From NCBI GenBank assembly GCA_050116795.1, contig JASFNY010000001.1:1-35979 (forward strand): a DNA stretch of 35,979 bases. The letters are read 5' to 3'. The position numbers were made by a program, and so were the translations under genes. Positions 1 through 7,983 of this stretch are shown here, in pieces (the first letter of the stretch is position 1; every line of letters begins with the position of its first letter). The notes beneath the pieces were generated by a model. That model saw only the letters and a program-made list of their open reading frames with translations, ran no database searches and was not told the origin of the DNA. The stretch comes from Thiohalophilus sp. GTDB lineage: Bacteria; Pseudomonadota; Gammaproteobacteria; UBA6429; Thiohalophilaceae.

Positions 1-666
1 CTCGATTCCCGTCTGAAACTTCGCACTGAGCAGCGGGAACGGTTAAATGAACGTGTTGACCGGATGTTGATCGCGCGCAACCCGGATTTTCTGGCAACTA
101 TCAACGAAAGAATATATCTGCATAAAATCAAGGCAATTGAAAAGCAGTTGAAAAGGCACGGTGGCAATTCCTCGGATCAAAGCTGGGAGCGGGTGCAAAG
201 GCTGAAAGGTGTAGTTCTGTGGCCGATCTACACCAACTATGACAAGCGTCTGACAAAGGCCTACAAGAACCTCCGTGAACTGGACGGTTATATCGAGCAA
301 TTGGACAGCCAATACAATTCATTTGTTCGTACCTTTCATGGGGCCCGGCAAAGTTATGAAGGCTACGAAATGCCGTTGCGCCTGACCAGGTCTCGAATTC
401 AACAAGCGATCGAGCGGCTTGATATGGTCAAAGCCAGGCAGGGACGCATCCTGGAATTGCTGGCAATAAACGAGCTGGACAGGAGACGAAAACGACTTGA
501 GGAGTATCAGGTTAAAGCCCGATTTGCGATGGCAGAGAGCTATGACAAGGCGACCAAGGCTGCTCAGGGACAGCCGGGCAGTACTTCGAATAAAACTACG
601 CCAGAACAATCGCAACCGGCCCGTTCCGGTGACGATGCTAATGCAGGGGAAGCCGGGGAACAATGA
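1..666 (+). CDS. C-terminal part of a helical/coiled-coil, probably TPR-type envelope protein (GltC-like by position); 5'-truncated by the window edge
   Basis: Frame is open from base 1 (LDSRLKLRTEQRERLNERVDRML...), so the ORF-track start at 64 is not the true start. Amphipathic helical sequence ending ...YQVKARFAMAESYDKA plus a low-complexity tail. Stop overlaps the next ATG (ATGA, 663-666). Confidence 0.7.
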   Translation, partial: LDSRLKLRTEQRERLNERVDRMLIARNPDFLATINERIYLHKIKAIEKQLKRHGGNSSDQSWERVQRLKGVVLWPIYTNYDKRLTKAYKNLRELDGYIEQLDSQYNSFVRTFHGARQSYEGYEMPLRLTRSRIQQAIERLDMVKARQGRILELLAINELDRRRKRLEEYQVKARFAMAESYDKATKAAQGQPGSTSNKTTPEQSQPARSGDDANAGEAGEQ

Positions 667-3600
667 AACTGAGACTCGCCTACATTGTATCCATTCCGCT
701 GCTGTCGGCTTCCTGTGCAGGTTATAACGACGGCAAGACGTTGGCCAGCCTGCGTGATGTAAACATAGAAATCAAGGAAACCCGGGTTGATGGCAGTCTG
801 GACAAGGCTATGCAAAGTTACCAGCGATTTTTGCAGGAAACCCCTGAATCCGCACTGACCCCTGAAGCAATCCGTCGCCTCGCCGATCTGAAGGTCGAGA
901 AAGAGTATGGAGTGGTCGATCAACCGGAAGTAGTAGAGAAAACAGAGGAAAAACCGGCCAAGTCGTTATCACCACCTGCCAGTGTCGCTCTCAACGAGGG
1001 TGATAAATCACAGAAACAGGTTGTGGATCCGTCACAAATCAAAAACAGGGAGTCTATTGCCGCGTTCGAACAACGGGCTACACAGACAAAAAATCTGGAG
1101 AAAAAAAGCAAGCCACAGAAAGTTCAGTTACCCAAGGGAGAACCGGGTAATGATTTGCAAACGGTCGGGGCTCTTGAAGCCATCGCGCTATACAAGAAGT
1201 TGCTGAAGAAATATCCGCTGTATGAGCGGAACGATCAGGTCCTTTACCAGTTGTCGCGTGCCTACGAGGAGACAGGACAGGTCGAGAAAGCCATGCAGGT
1301 CATGAACCAGATTGTCAGTAAATATCCAGATTCACGACATATCGATGAGGTTCAATTCCGACGTGCAGAATACTATTTTACCCGCAAGAAATATCTGTCT
1401 GCCGAAGAGGCCTATCAATCTGTATTGAACGTTGGTGTCGGTTCAGCTTTCTATGAACTGGCAGTATACAAGCAGGGTTGGGCATTCTTCAAACAGGAAT
1501 TGTATGAACGGGCACTGAATAATTACATCAGGCTTCTTGATTATAAAGTAGCCAATGGTTATGACTTCGATCAGACTGAAAACAAGACTGAAAAGAAGCA
1601 TATTGACGATACCTTCAGGGTAATCAGCATCAGTTTCTCGTACCTGGGTGGAGCGCCTGCGGTAGTTGATTATTTCAAAAAAGCAGGTCCTCGCTCCTAT
1701 GAAGTCAACGTATATAGCAACCTTGGCGAGTATTATCTGGATAAGCGTCGCTACAGTGATGCGGCATCAGCTTATGAGAAGTTTGTTGAGCTGAATCCTT
1801 TTCACAAGAATGCCCCGCATTTTCAGACCCGGGTCATAGAGATTTACAAAAAAGGTGGTTTTCCCAAGCTGGTTGTGGAAGCCAAGAAAACATTCGCACA
1901 GAAATACGGCCTGAAAGCAGCATACTGGACCTATTTCGATATCAACAAATATCAGAAGGTTGTTGATGCCCTGAAGACCAATCTGGTTGATCTGGCCAAT
2001 CACTATCATGCGCTCTACCAGGACCGTCGCTTCGCAAGTAGCAAATCCCTAAACTTCGCGGAGGCGGCAAACTGGTACCAGGAATACCTCAAGTCATTTC
2101 CGAGTGACAACAAGGCGCCGGAAATTAATTATTTGTTGGCCGATCTATATAGACAAAATAAGGACTATCGCAATGCGGCAGTCGAATACGAACGTACTGC
2201 CTACGATTATCCCAAACATAAAAAATCATCTGCAGCAGGCTATGCCGCTGTTTATGCGTATCGTGAATATCTCAAAGTTGTTTCTCCTTCACAGAAACAG
2301 GCAGTCATGCGGGAAACTATTCGTAGTTCATTAAGGTTTTCCGATACCTATCCGGAGCATAAAAAAGCGGCTGTCATCATGACAGCTGCTACGGAAGACT
2401 TGTATGAAATGAAAGACTATCAGCTGGCGATTAAAACCGCCGAGAAATTACTCAAGGTGTTTCCTTCAGCAGACGAGAAATTGCGCTATTCAGCCCAGTT
2501 GGTCGTGGCACATGGCTCCTTTGACTTGATGCGTTTCCAGGAGGCAGAAACCGCTTATCTGAAGGTGCTTAAATACAAAATACCTGACGCCAAAAGCCGC
2601 AATGAAATCACTGAAAATCTAGCGGCATCTATTTACAAGCAGGGTGAAGCGGACAGCAAACTTGGTAAATACGAAGAGGCGGCAAACCACTTTTTACGTA
2701 TCGCAAAACTGGTACCGAACGCAAAAATACGTCCTACCGCTGAGTATGACGCCGCTGCAATATTGATTCGCATAGAACAGTGGCCGAAGGCAGCCAAAGT
2801 CCTTGAGGATTTCCGACGCAATTATCCAAAGCACAAACTGGGTCCGGAAGTCACAAAGAAACTGGCTGTGGTGTACAAGGAAGATGGTAAATATCTGAAG
2901 GCGGCAACTGAGTTCGAACGTATAGAGAAAAACGAGAAAGACCCTGAGTTACGACGTGAAGCGCTATTTCAGGCTGCAGAGCTTTATGAGCTGGCAAAAA
3001 ATACAGACAGGTCGCTGGCTATTTATGAGCGCTATGTGAAGTTATTCCCCCGACCGCTGGAATATGCGCTCGAAACACGACAGAAAATCGCCGAAATATA
3101 CAAGCAGCGCAAGCAGAATGTGAAATATGTCAAAGAACTGAAAAAAATAGTGCGAGCCGATGCTAATGCTGGCAGGGAGCGAACCGATAGAACCAAGTAC
3201 CTTGCATCCGGTGCCGCGCTGGAATTGACCAGGCCGGTCATGGACAGCTATTTGAGTGTAAAGCTGGTCAAGCCATTCAAAAAGAATCTGAATATAAAGA
3301 AACAACGTATGAAAAAGGCTATTGAAGCCTATACCAGGCTTGTCGATTATGGTGTTGGTGAAACAACAGCGGCAGCAACTTTCCACATCGCCGAGATCTA
3401 TTACCACTTCAACAAGGCGCTAATAAACTCGGAAAGGCCTGATAACCTCAGCCCGCTGGAAAAGGAACAATATGAACTTGCAATCGAAGAGCAGGCCTAT
3501 CCATTTGAAGAAAAGACCATCACCATACATAAGAAGAACCTCGAATTGCTCTCAAGAGGTATTTTTAATCGCTGGATAGACCAGAGTCTGGACAAACTGG

Positions 3601-3791
3601 CCAGTCTATTGCCAGCCAGGTTTGGGAAGCCGGAGGCCAGTCTTGGTTATGTGACGCAGATCCGTCCTTATCAAATTACTGAGGGCCTTGACAGTGTGTC
3701 CACCAGTAATCTGGCGAACTCGGTGTCAGATAAGCAAGGCCAAGTGTCAGGCGAAAGAAAGCAGACACTTATGCAAGCCATGGCTGATTAG
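663..3791 (+). CDS. Large tetratricopeptide-repeat protein, probable lipoprotein (GltD/AgmU-like)
   Basis: 1042 aa with many TPR-like helical pairs (e.g. DQVLYQLSRAYEETGQVEKA, EVQFRRAEYYF, PEINYLLADLY). Signal peptide ends in Cys (LLSASC, atypical lipobox). C-terminal segment YELAIEEQAYPFEEKTITIHKKN and gene context fit gammaproteobacterial GltD-like proteins. Confidence 0.8.
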   Translation: MKLRLAYIVSIPLLSASCAGYNDGKTLASLRDVNIEIKETRVDGSLDKAMQSYQRFLQETPESALTPEAIRRLADLKVEKEYGVVDQPEVVEKTEEKPAKSLSPPASVALNEGDKSQKQVVDPSQIKNRESIAAFEQRATQTKNLEKKSKPQKVQLPKGEPGNDLQTVGALEAIALYKKLLKKYPLYERNDQVLYQLSRAYEETGQVEKAMQVMNQIVSKYPDSRHIDEVQFRRAEYYFTRKKYLSAEEAYQSVLNVGVGSAFYELAVYKQGWAFFKQELYERALNNYIRLLDYKVANGYDFDQTENKTEKKHIDDTFRVISISFSYLGGAPAVVDYFKKAGPRSYEVNVYSNLGEYYLDKRRYSDAASAYEKFVELNPFHKNAPHFQTRVIEIYKKGGFPKLVVEAKKTFAQKYGLKAAYWTYFDINKYQKVVDALKTNLVDLANHYHALYQDRRFASSKSLNFAEAANWYQEYLKSFPSDNKAPEINYLLADLYRQNKDYRNAAVEYERTAYDYPKHKKSSAAGYAAVYAYREYLKVVSPSQKQAVMRETIRSSLRFSDTYPEHKKAAVIMTAATEDLYEMKDYQLAIKTAEKLLKVFPSADEKLRYSAQLVVAHGSFDLMRFQEAETAYLKVLKYKIPDAKSRNEITENLAASIYKQGEADSKLGKYEEAANHFLRIAKLVPNAKIRPTAEYDAAAILIRIEQWPKAAKVLEDFRRNYPKHKLGPEVTKKLAVVYKEDGKYLKAATEFERIEKNEKDPELRREALFQAAELYELAKNTDRSLAIYERYVKLFPRPLEYALETRQKIAEIYKQRKQNVKYVKELKKIVRADANAGRERTDRTKYLASGAALELTRPVMDSYLSVKLVKPFKKNLNIKKQRMKKAIEAYTRLVDYGVGETTAAATFHIAEIYYHFNKALINSERPDNLSPLEKEQYELAIEEQAYPFEEKTITIHKKNLELLSRGIFNRWIDQSLDKLASLLPARFGKPEASLGYVTQIRPYQITEGLDSVSTSNLANSVSDKQGQVSGERKQTLMQAMAD

Positions 3792-3801
3792 GCAAGACGA
3801 T

Positions 3802-4449
3802 ATGGATCAATATTATTATCTCAAGCCAGAACCCGGGATTAGAGGCAAATACGCGTATCTGTGTCGCCTGCTGATCATTGCTCTGCTCTCCATCATGCTT
3901 GGCGCTTGCGCAACAACCGCAAAACACGCCGGAGATAGCGGTTCCATCCTGGTGGGTGCAAGGGATGATATCGCAATAGACCCTGGTGTGGCCCGCGACT
4001 TCAATACTGCATTGTCACTTCTTAAAAAGGAGAAGTACGAGCAAGCCATAGAATTACTGGAATCAATTGTCAAAAGAGAGAACCGGGTAACAGCACCATA
4101 CGTCAATCTCGGGATAGCATATATGAGAGTAGGTGAGATGGGCAAGGCAGAAAACAATCTCAAAAAAGCCGTTGAGCTCGATCCTGGACATCCAATTGCA
4201 AATAATGAACTTGGTCTTTTGTACCGCCGAACAGGGCGGTTCTCTCAGGCGAGAAATGTTTATGAAAGAACTTTGAAAAAATATCCGGACTTTCTCCCTG
4301 TGCGGAAAAATCTGGCAATCCTTTGTGATATTTATCTCGACGACCTGGATTGCGCGCTTAACAATTTCGAAAAGCTTGCAGAAGCACTTCCCGAGGACCA
4401 GCAATTAAAAATATGGATCGCGGAAGTGAAAAATCGTAAAGGCCGGTGA
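3802..4449 (+). CDS. TPR lipoprotein (GltE/AglT-like)
   Basis: Likely start is ATG 3802, just after the upstream stop, not 3688. Hydrophobic stretch and lipobox LGAC. TPR motifs PYVNLGIAY...A, ANNELGLLYR...A and KNLAILCDIYL. Confidence 0.8.
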   Translation: MDQYYYLKPEPGIRGKYAYLCRLLIIALLSIMLGACATTAKHAGDSGSILVGARDDIAIDPGVARDFNTALSLLKKEKYEQAIELLESIVKRENRVTAPYVNLGIAYMRVGEMGKAENNLKKAVELDPGHPIANNELGLLYRRTGRFSQARNVYERTLKKYPDFLPVRKNLAILCDIYLDDLDCALNNFEKLAEALPEDQQLKIWIAEVKNRKGR

Positions 4450-4461
4450 GGAGATGATGAG

Positions 4462-4737
4462 ATGAAATATTTTTACTTTTTGCTCATGTTGTCGGTATTT
4501 GCTGTTAATCCTGCATTTGCAGAAGATAGTGAACAGGCAAAGACCCTCTCAGGTATCTCGATTGTCGGCAACAAGGAAGCCCCGAAGGCGCTGTATATCG
4601 TGCCCTGGAAAAGTTCTGAAATAGGTATTGAAACAAGCCTGACATCAGGATTGATGGATGAGAGTCTGCGACCGGTCGACAAAGAAGTTTTTCAGCGTCA
4701 ACTGGATTTTTATAATGCTGTATTGGACAAGCCTTGA
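4462..4737 (+). CDS. Small exported protein (GltF-like)
   Basis: RBS GAGGAG upstream; Sec signal ending AFA|ED. Motif GISIVGNKEAPKALYIVPWK. Lies between the TPR lipoprotein and the TolQ-like gene. Confidence 0.7.
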   Translation: MKYFYFLLMLSVFAVNPAFAEDSEQAKTLSGISIVGNKEAPKALYIVPWKSSEIGIETSLTSGLMDESLRPVDKEVFQRQLDFYNAVLDKP

Positions 4738-4778
4738 TTTAAAGGTTGCATATAAATTCTTGTGAAGAGGAAATAGCG

Positions 4779-5426
4779 ATGGAGTTCTTCAGTAATATCA
4801 TAGCCTTCTTCCAGACCGGCGGTGCATTTATGTACCCGATACTGATCGTCTTCGCGTTCGGTCTGGCAATTGCGATTGAACGATATCTGGTACTGACCCG
4901 TGTGCGGAATAACAACCGCAAAGTCTGGGATGAAGTTCATCCTGTATTAGCGGAAGGTAATTTCGATCAGGCCAGGGAAATGATAGCAGAGGACAAGTCA
5001 ATCATTGCCGAGATGTTGAATATGGGTTTGATACGCCAGGGTTCGGTACGCCGACGTGACGATATTGAAATCGCCATGGAGGAAAGCATGATGGAGATTG
5101 TCCCACAGCTGGAGAAGCGCACGCCATATGTTGCCCTGTTTGCCAATATTTCCACTCTTCTGGGTCTGTTGGGGACCATCATGGGGCTGATAGCGGCATT
5201 CACTGCAGTAGCGAATGCCAACCCGGCTGAAAAAGCTGATCTGTTATCTGCAAGTATCTCAGTAGCAATGAATACCACCGCATTCGGATTGATGGCTGGT
5301 ATTCCATTACTGATTTTTTACACGGTATTGACTTCGAAAACCGGTGAAATTGTTGACAGTCTGGAAATGGCTTCAGTCAAGACATTGAATATAATTTCTG
5401 AATTCGCCAAACGTCAAACCGGATAA
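4779..5426 (+). CDS. MotA/TolQ/ExbB-family ion channel protein (AglR-like)
   Basis: ATG 4779 follows GAGG. Family motifs GGAFMYPI, IAIER, TLLGLLGTIMGLI and AMNTTAFGL; three TM segments. Confidence 0.9.
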   Translation: MEFFSNIIAFFQTGGAFMYPILIVFAFGLAIAIERYLVLTRVRNNNRKVWDEVHPVLAEGNFDQAREMIAEDKSIIAEMLNMGLIRQGSVRRRDDIEIAMEESMMEIVPQLEKRTPYVALFANISTLLGLLGTIMGLIAAFTAVANANPAEKADLLSASISVAMNTTAFGLMAGIPLLIFYTVLTSKTGEIVDSLEMASVKTLNIISEFAKRQTG

Positions 5427-5435
5427 CGCTGAACA

Positions 5436-5957
5436 ATGCCAAGAAAACATCACTACAGGCGACGTGAAGGCGGCCCTCCGGAGCTGGATGTCACTACCTT
5501 TCTGAATTTGATGGTGGTGCTGGTCCCGTTTCTGCTGATCACCGCAGTATTCTCTCGTATCACTATCCATGAGCTGAGTATGCCGGCATCAGCCGGAGCA
5601 GATCAGGCCAACAAGCCCAAAGTCACGATCGAAGTTATCGTGCGTAAAAACGCACTCGAAGTCGGGGATGGTCGAAGAACCATCGCTCGTTTCAGAAACA
5701 AGGAAGACAATAAATATGATCTGAAAAAACTTTCCGATTATCTTCTTAAAGTCAAGGGCTCTTATCCCGACAAGACTGATGCAGTGATCCTGATGGAGCC
5801 GGATATTGAATATGACTATCTCGTACAAGTTATGGATGCAGTACGCGTGCGAGAGAAAAAACCCAAGGGCGAGATAGTTGAGGAGAATCAAGACAGAGAG
5901 ACTGAGTCTGAAAAAATTGTCCTGTTCCCTGATATATCCATCGGAGATGCGCCATGA
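5436..5957 (+). CDS. ExbD/TolR-family protein (AglQ/AglS-like), with Asn at the usual TM Asp position
   Basis: Basic N-terminus, single TM (ELDVTTFLNLMVVLVPFLLITA), periplasmic motif EPDIEYDYLVQVMDAVR, C-terminal LFPDISIG. Confidence 0.85.
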   Translation: MPRKHHYRRREGGPPELDVTTFLNLMVVLVPFLLITAVFSRITIHELSMPASAGADQANKPKVTIEVIVRKNALEVGDGRRTIARFRNKEDNKYDLKKLSDYLLKVKGSYPDKTDAVILMEPDIEYDYLVQVMDAVRVREKKPKGEIVEENQDRETESEKIVLFPDISIGDAP

Positions 5958-6451
5958 AGCCTTCGCGACGCATAAACCGCATGGCCCGACGCCGTAAAAG
6001 AAGTATGCCGGGTCTTAATCTGGTCTCCCTGATGGATGTGTTCACGATATTGGTTTTTTTCCTGCTTGTTAATTCATCGACAAGTGAAGTGCTCGATACA
6101 CCGAAAGAAATAACTTTGCCCGATTCAATCGTTGAGTCAAAACCCAGGGAGTCAGTTGTTGTGCTTGTTTCAACTGAGGCCATTCTCGTCCAGGGTGAAC
6201 CCGTTGTTACACTCCAGGATGCGCTAAATGATAAATCATCAGTCATCAGTCCGCTAAAAGCTAGTTTGCAGCGAAATAAAGGGAAAAAGATCGGAATAAA
6301 AACAGGTGAAGATTCAAAAGGAGATGAAGTCACAATTCTTGCTCATAAGACGGTTCCCTTTAAGTTATTAAAAAAGGTGATGTCTAGTTGTACCAGCGCA
6401 GGCTATTCAACGATATCCCTTGCCGTAATCCAGAAAGCATCAAACAGTTAG
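5954..6451 (+). CDS. ExbD/TolR-family protein (AglQ/AglS-like)
   Basis: ATGA overlap with the previous gene. TM LNLVSLMDVFTILVFFLL carries the canonical Asp28. Also ITLPDS and AHKTVPFKLLKKVMSSC..AGY. Confidence 0.9.
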   Translation: MKPSRRINRMARRRKRSMPGLNLVSLMDVFTILVFFLLVNSSTSEVLDTPKEITLPDSIVESKPRESVVVLVSTEAILVQGEPVVTLQDALNDKSSVISPLKASLQRNKGKKIGIKTGEDSKGDEVTILAHKTVPFKLLKKVMSSCTSAGYSTISLAVIQKASNS

Positions 6452-6460
6452 TGGTTTTTC

Positions 6461-7810
6461 GTGAATAGCGTAGTCTCTGAACAGGAAAACCGGCTAAATC
6501 AGCAAATCGATGCGGCTCTTGAGAAAATCAAAGAGCTGCAGTCTAAGCTGCGTGAACTGGATCAATCACTGGACAGCATGTCCGGGGACAAGGCCAAGTA
6601 TGGTTTGCTCTCTGAAATACACGAACGTCTGATTGAGCTGGATTCACTGGATGGGCTGGATATTTTCTGGGGCGAGCAATACAAACCTGAAGATTCCAGC
6701 CAGCATCTTTCCTACCTCCAACACCGAATCAGTATATTCGAAAAACAGCTGAATGAGGTTCAACAGCAGCGGGAGGTTGTCAGGGAAGAGATTGAACGAC
6801 TGGAAAATGAGGTTGGCTTATTACACCAGGACATCGAAATTCTCAGGGAAGAGGAGGAATCCAAGAAATTCGAATTCATTGTTGAACGAGAGATGCCAAA
6901 TCTGCCGTTTCGTCCGGTGATTATGCCCTGGACGAAAAGTGCAGAAGATGAAAAACGATATCGTAAAATTCTCGCGGCAGTATTACTCTATTCCCTGTTA
7001 TTCGGTCTGCTGATTCCGTTGTATACCATACCGCAACCGGAAGAAGCCGAAGAAATAGAAATACCAGAACGCCTGGTCAAGCTGATCAAGAAAGAACCAG
7101 CCAAGCCGGTCGAGCGCAAGAAACCTCAACCTGCCGAACAGAAACAGGCCAAGCAGGATCCAACCAAGGCTACCCAGAAGCAGAAAGAGGTTGCACGCAA
7201 AAAAGTTGAACGCACAGGGCTGTTGGCTTTCAAGGATAACTTCTCCGATCTGCTGGATGACTCTCCTGCCGACAAACTGGGTGCCAAAGCTGATATCACC
7301 AACAAGGGACAGAATACTACACGGACCAAGCGGTCTATCGTGACTTCTTCGGCTGGCCAGACCAGTGGCGGTATCAATACCTCAAATATCAGCCGCAATG
7401 TGGGTGGCAGTGGTAAAAACCTCTCTAACATCGAGTTCGCCCGTGTAGAGAGCACAATTGGTACTGACATGGCAGATCAGCAGCGACCGCTGAGCAGTGG
7501 GCCAGGACCATCACGAACCGATGAAGAGATTCAGATCGTCTTTGATCGGTATAAAGCCGCCCTCTATCGAATCTATAACCGTGAGTTACGCAAAAATCCG
7601 ACTCTGCAGGGCAAGGTTGTTCTGATAATCAGGATTGAACCTGACGGTAGTGTTTCGCTGACCAGGGTTGATTCTATCGATATGGGTGCAGGCTCTGGAC
7701 CACTGGCCAAGAAGATTGTTGCACGAGTCAAGCGATTCAACTTCGGTGCCAAGAAAGGTGTTCCTACTGTCACTATCAAGTATCCGATCGACTTCCTTCC
7801 GGCGTCATAG
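6461..7810 (+). CDS. TonB-like energy transducer with AgmX/PglI-type C-terminal domain (GltG-like) and N-terminal coiled-coil extension
   Basis: GTG start. Coiled coil over aa ~1-140, single TM (ILAAVLLYSLLFGLLIPLY), Pro/Lys/Glu-rich linker, TonB_C-like domain (IYNRELRKNPTLQGKVVLIIRIEPDGSV...FNF...YPIDFLP). Alternative start at ATG 6893. Confidence 0.8.
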   Translation: MNSVVSEQENRLNQQIDAALEKIKELQSKLRELDQSLDSMSGDKAKYGLLSEIHERLIELDSLDGLDIFWGEQYKPEDSSQHLSYLQHRISIFEKQLNEVQQQREVVREEIERLENEVGLLHQDIEILREEEESKKFEFIVEREMPNLPFRPVIMPWTKSAEDEKRYRKILAAVLLYSLLFGLLIPLYTIPQPEEAEEIEIPERLVKLIKKEPAKPVERKKPQPAEQKQAKQDPTKATQKQKEVARKKVERTGLLAFKDNFSDLLDDSPADKLGAKADITNKGQNTTRTKRSIVTSSAGQTSGGINTSNISRNVGGSGKNLSNIEFARVESTIGTDMADQQRPLSSGPGPSRTDEEIQIVFDRYKAALYRIYNRELRKNPTLQGKVVLIIRIEPDGSVSLTRVDSIDMGAGSGPLAKKIVARVKRFNFGAKKGVPTVTIKYPIDFLPAS

Positions 7811-7869
7811 AATCTGGCCTGGGTATTATTTTATTTGTCTAAAAATAAAAAATAAAAAAAAGGAAAAAT

Positions 7870-7950
7870 AATATGAAACATATTGGTTTGCTGCATCAGG
7901 ATTCTCCTGATGTCTAAGGTCTGCGCGTCACTAAGTCGTCAGGCTTTATA
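7870..7950 (+). promoter_or_regulatory. Putative structured leader of the giant adhesin gene (uORF plus alternative hairpins)
   Basis: Perfect inverted repeats AATATG-aaa-CATATT (7870-7884) and CATCAGGA-ttc-TCCTGATG (7894-7912). CCTGATG can alternatively pair with CGTCAGG (7937-7943). A 14-aa uORF at 7873-7917 has an AAGGA RBS. Confidence 0.4.
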
Positions 7951-7983
7951 TATGTATGTGTTTTAACCCAGGAATAGAACTGG

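Noticed and set aside
3688-3801. Extended N-termini in the ORF track (3688, 4746, 25164, 33375)
   Set aside because: They overlap upstream genes or lack an RBS. Downstream ATGs (3802, 4779, 25233, 33465) fit RBS position or family N-termini better.
4779-7810. Ordinary TonB-ExbBD iron uptake, Tol-Pal or flagellar MotAB interpretation
   Set aside because: No TonB-dependent receptor, tolB/pal or flagellar genes in the window. The two ExbD-like genes plus the TPR set fit the Glt/Agl-type arrangement better.
7860-7950. Canonical c-di-GMP-I riboswitch call
   Set aside because: GAAA and CTAAG elements are present, but the GGCAAA and GACGCAAA core is not. Kept only as an unclassified structured leader.
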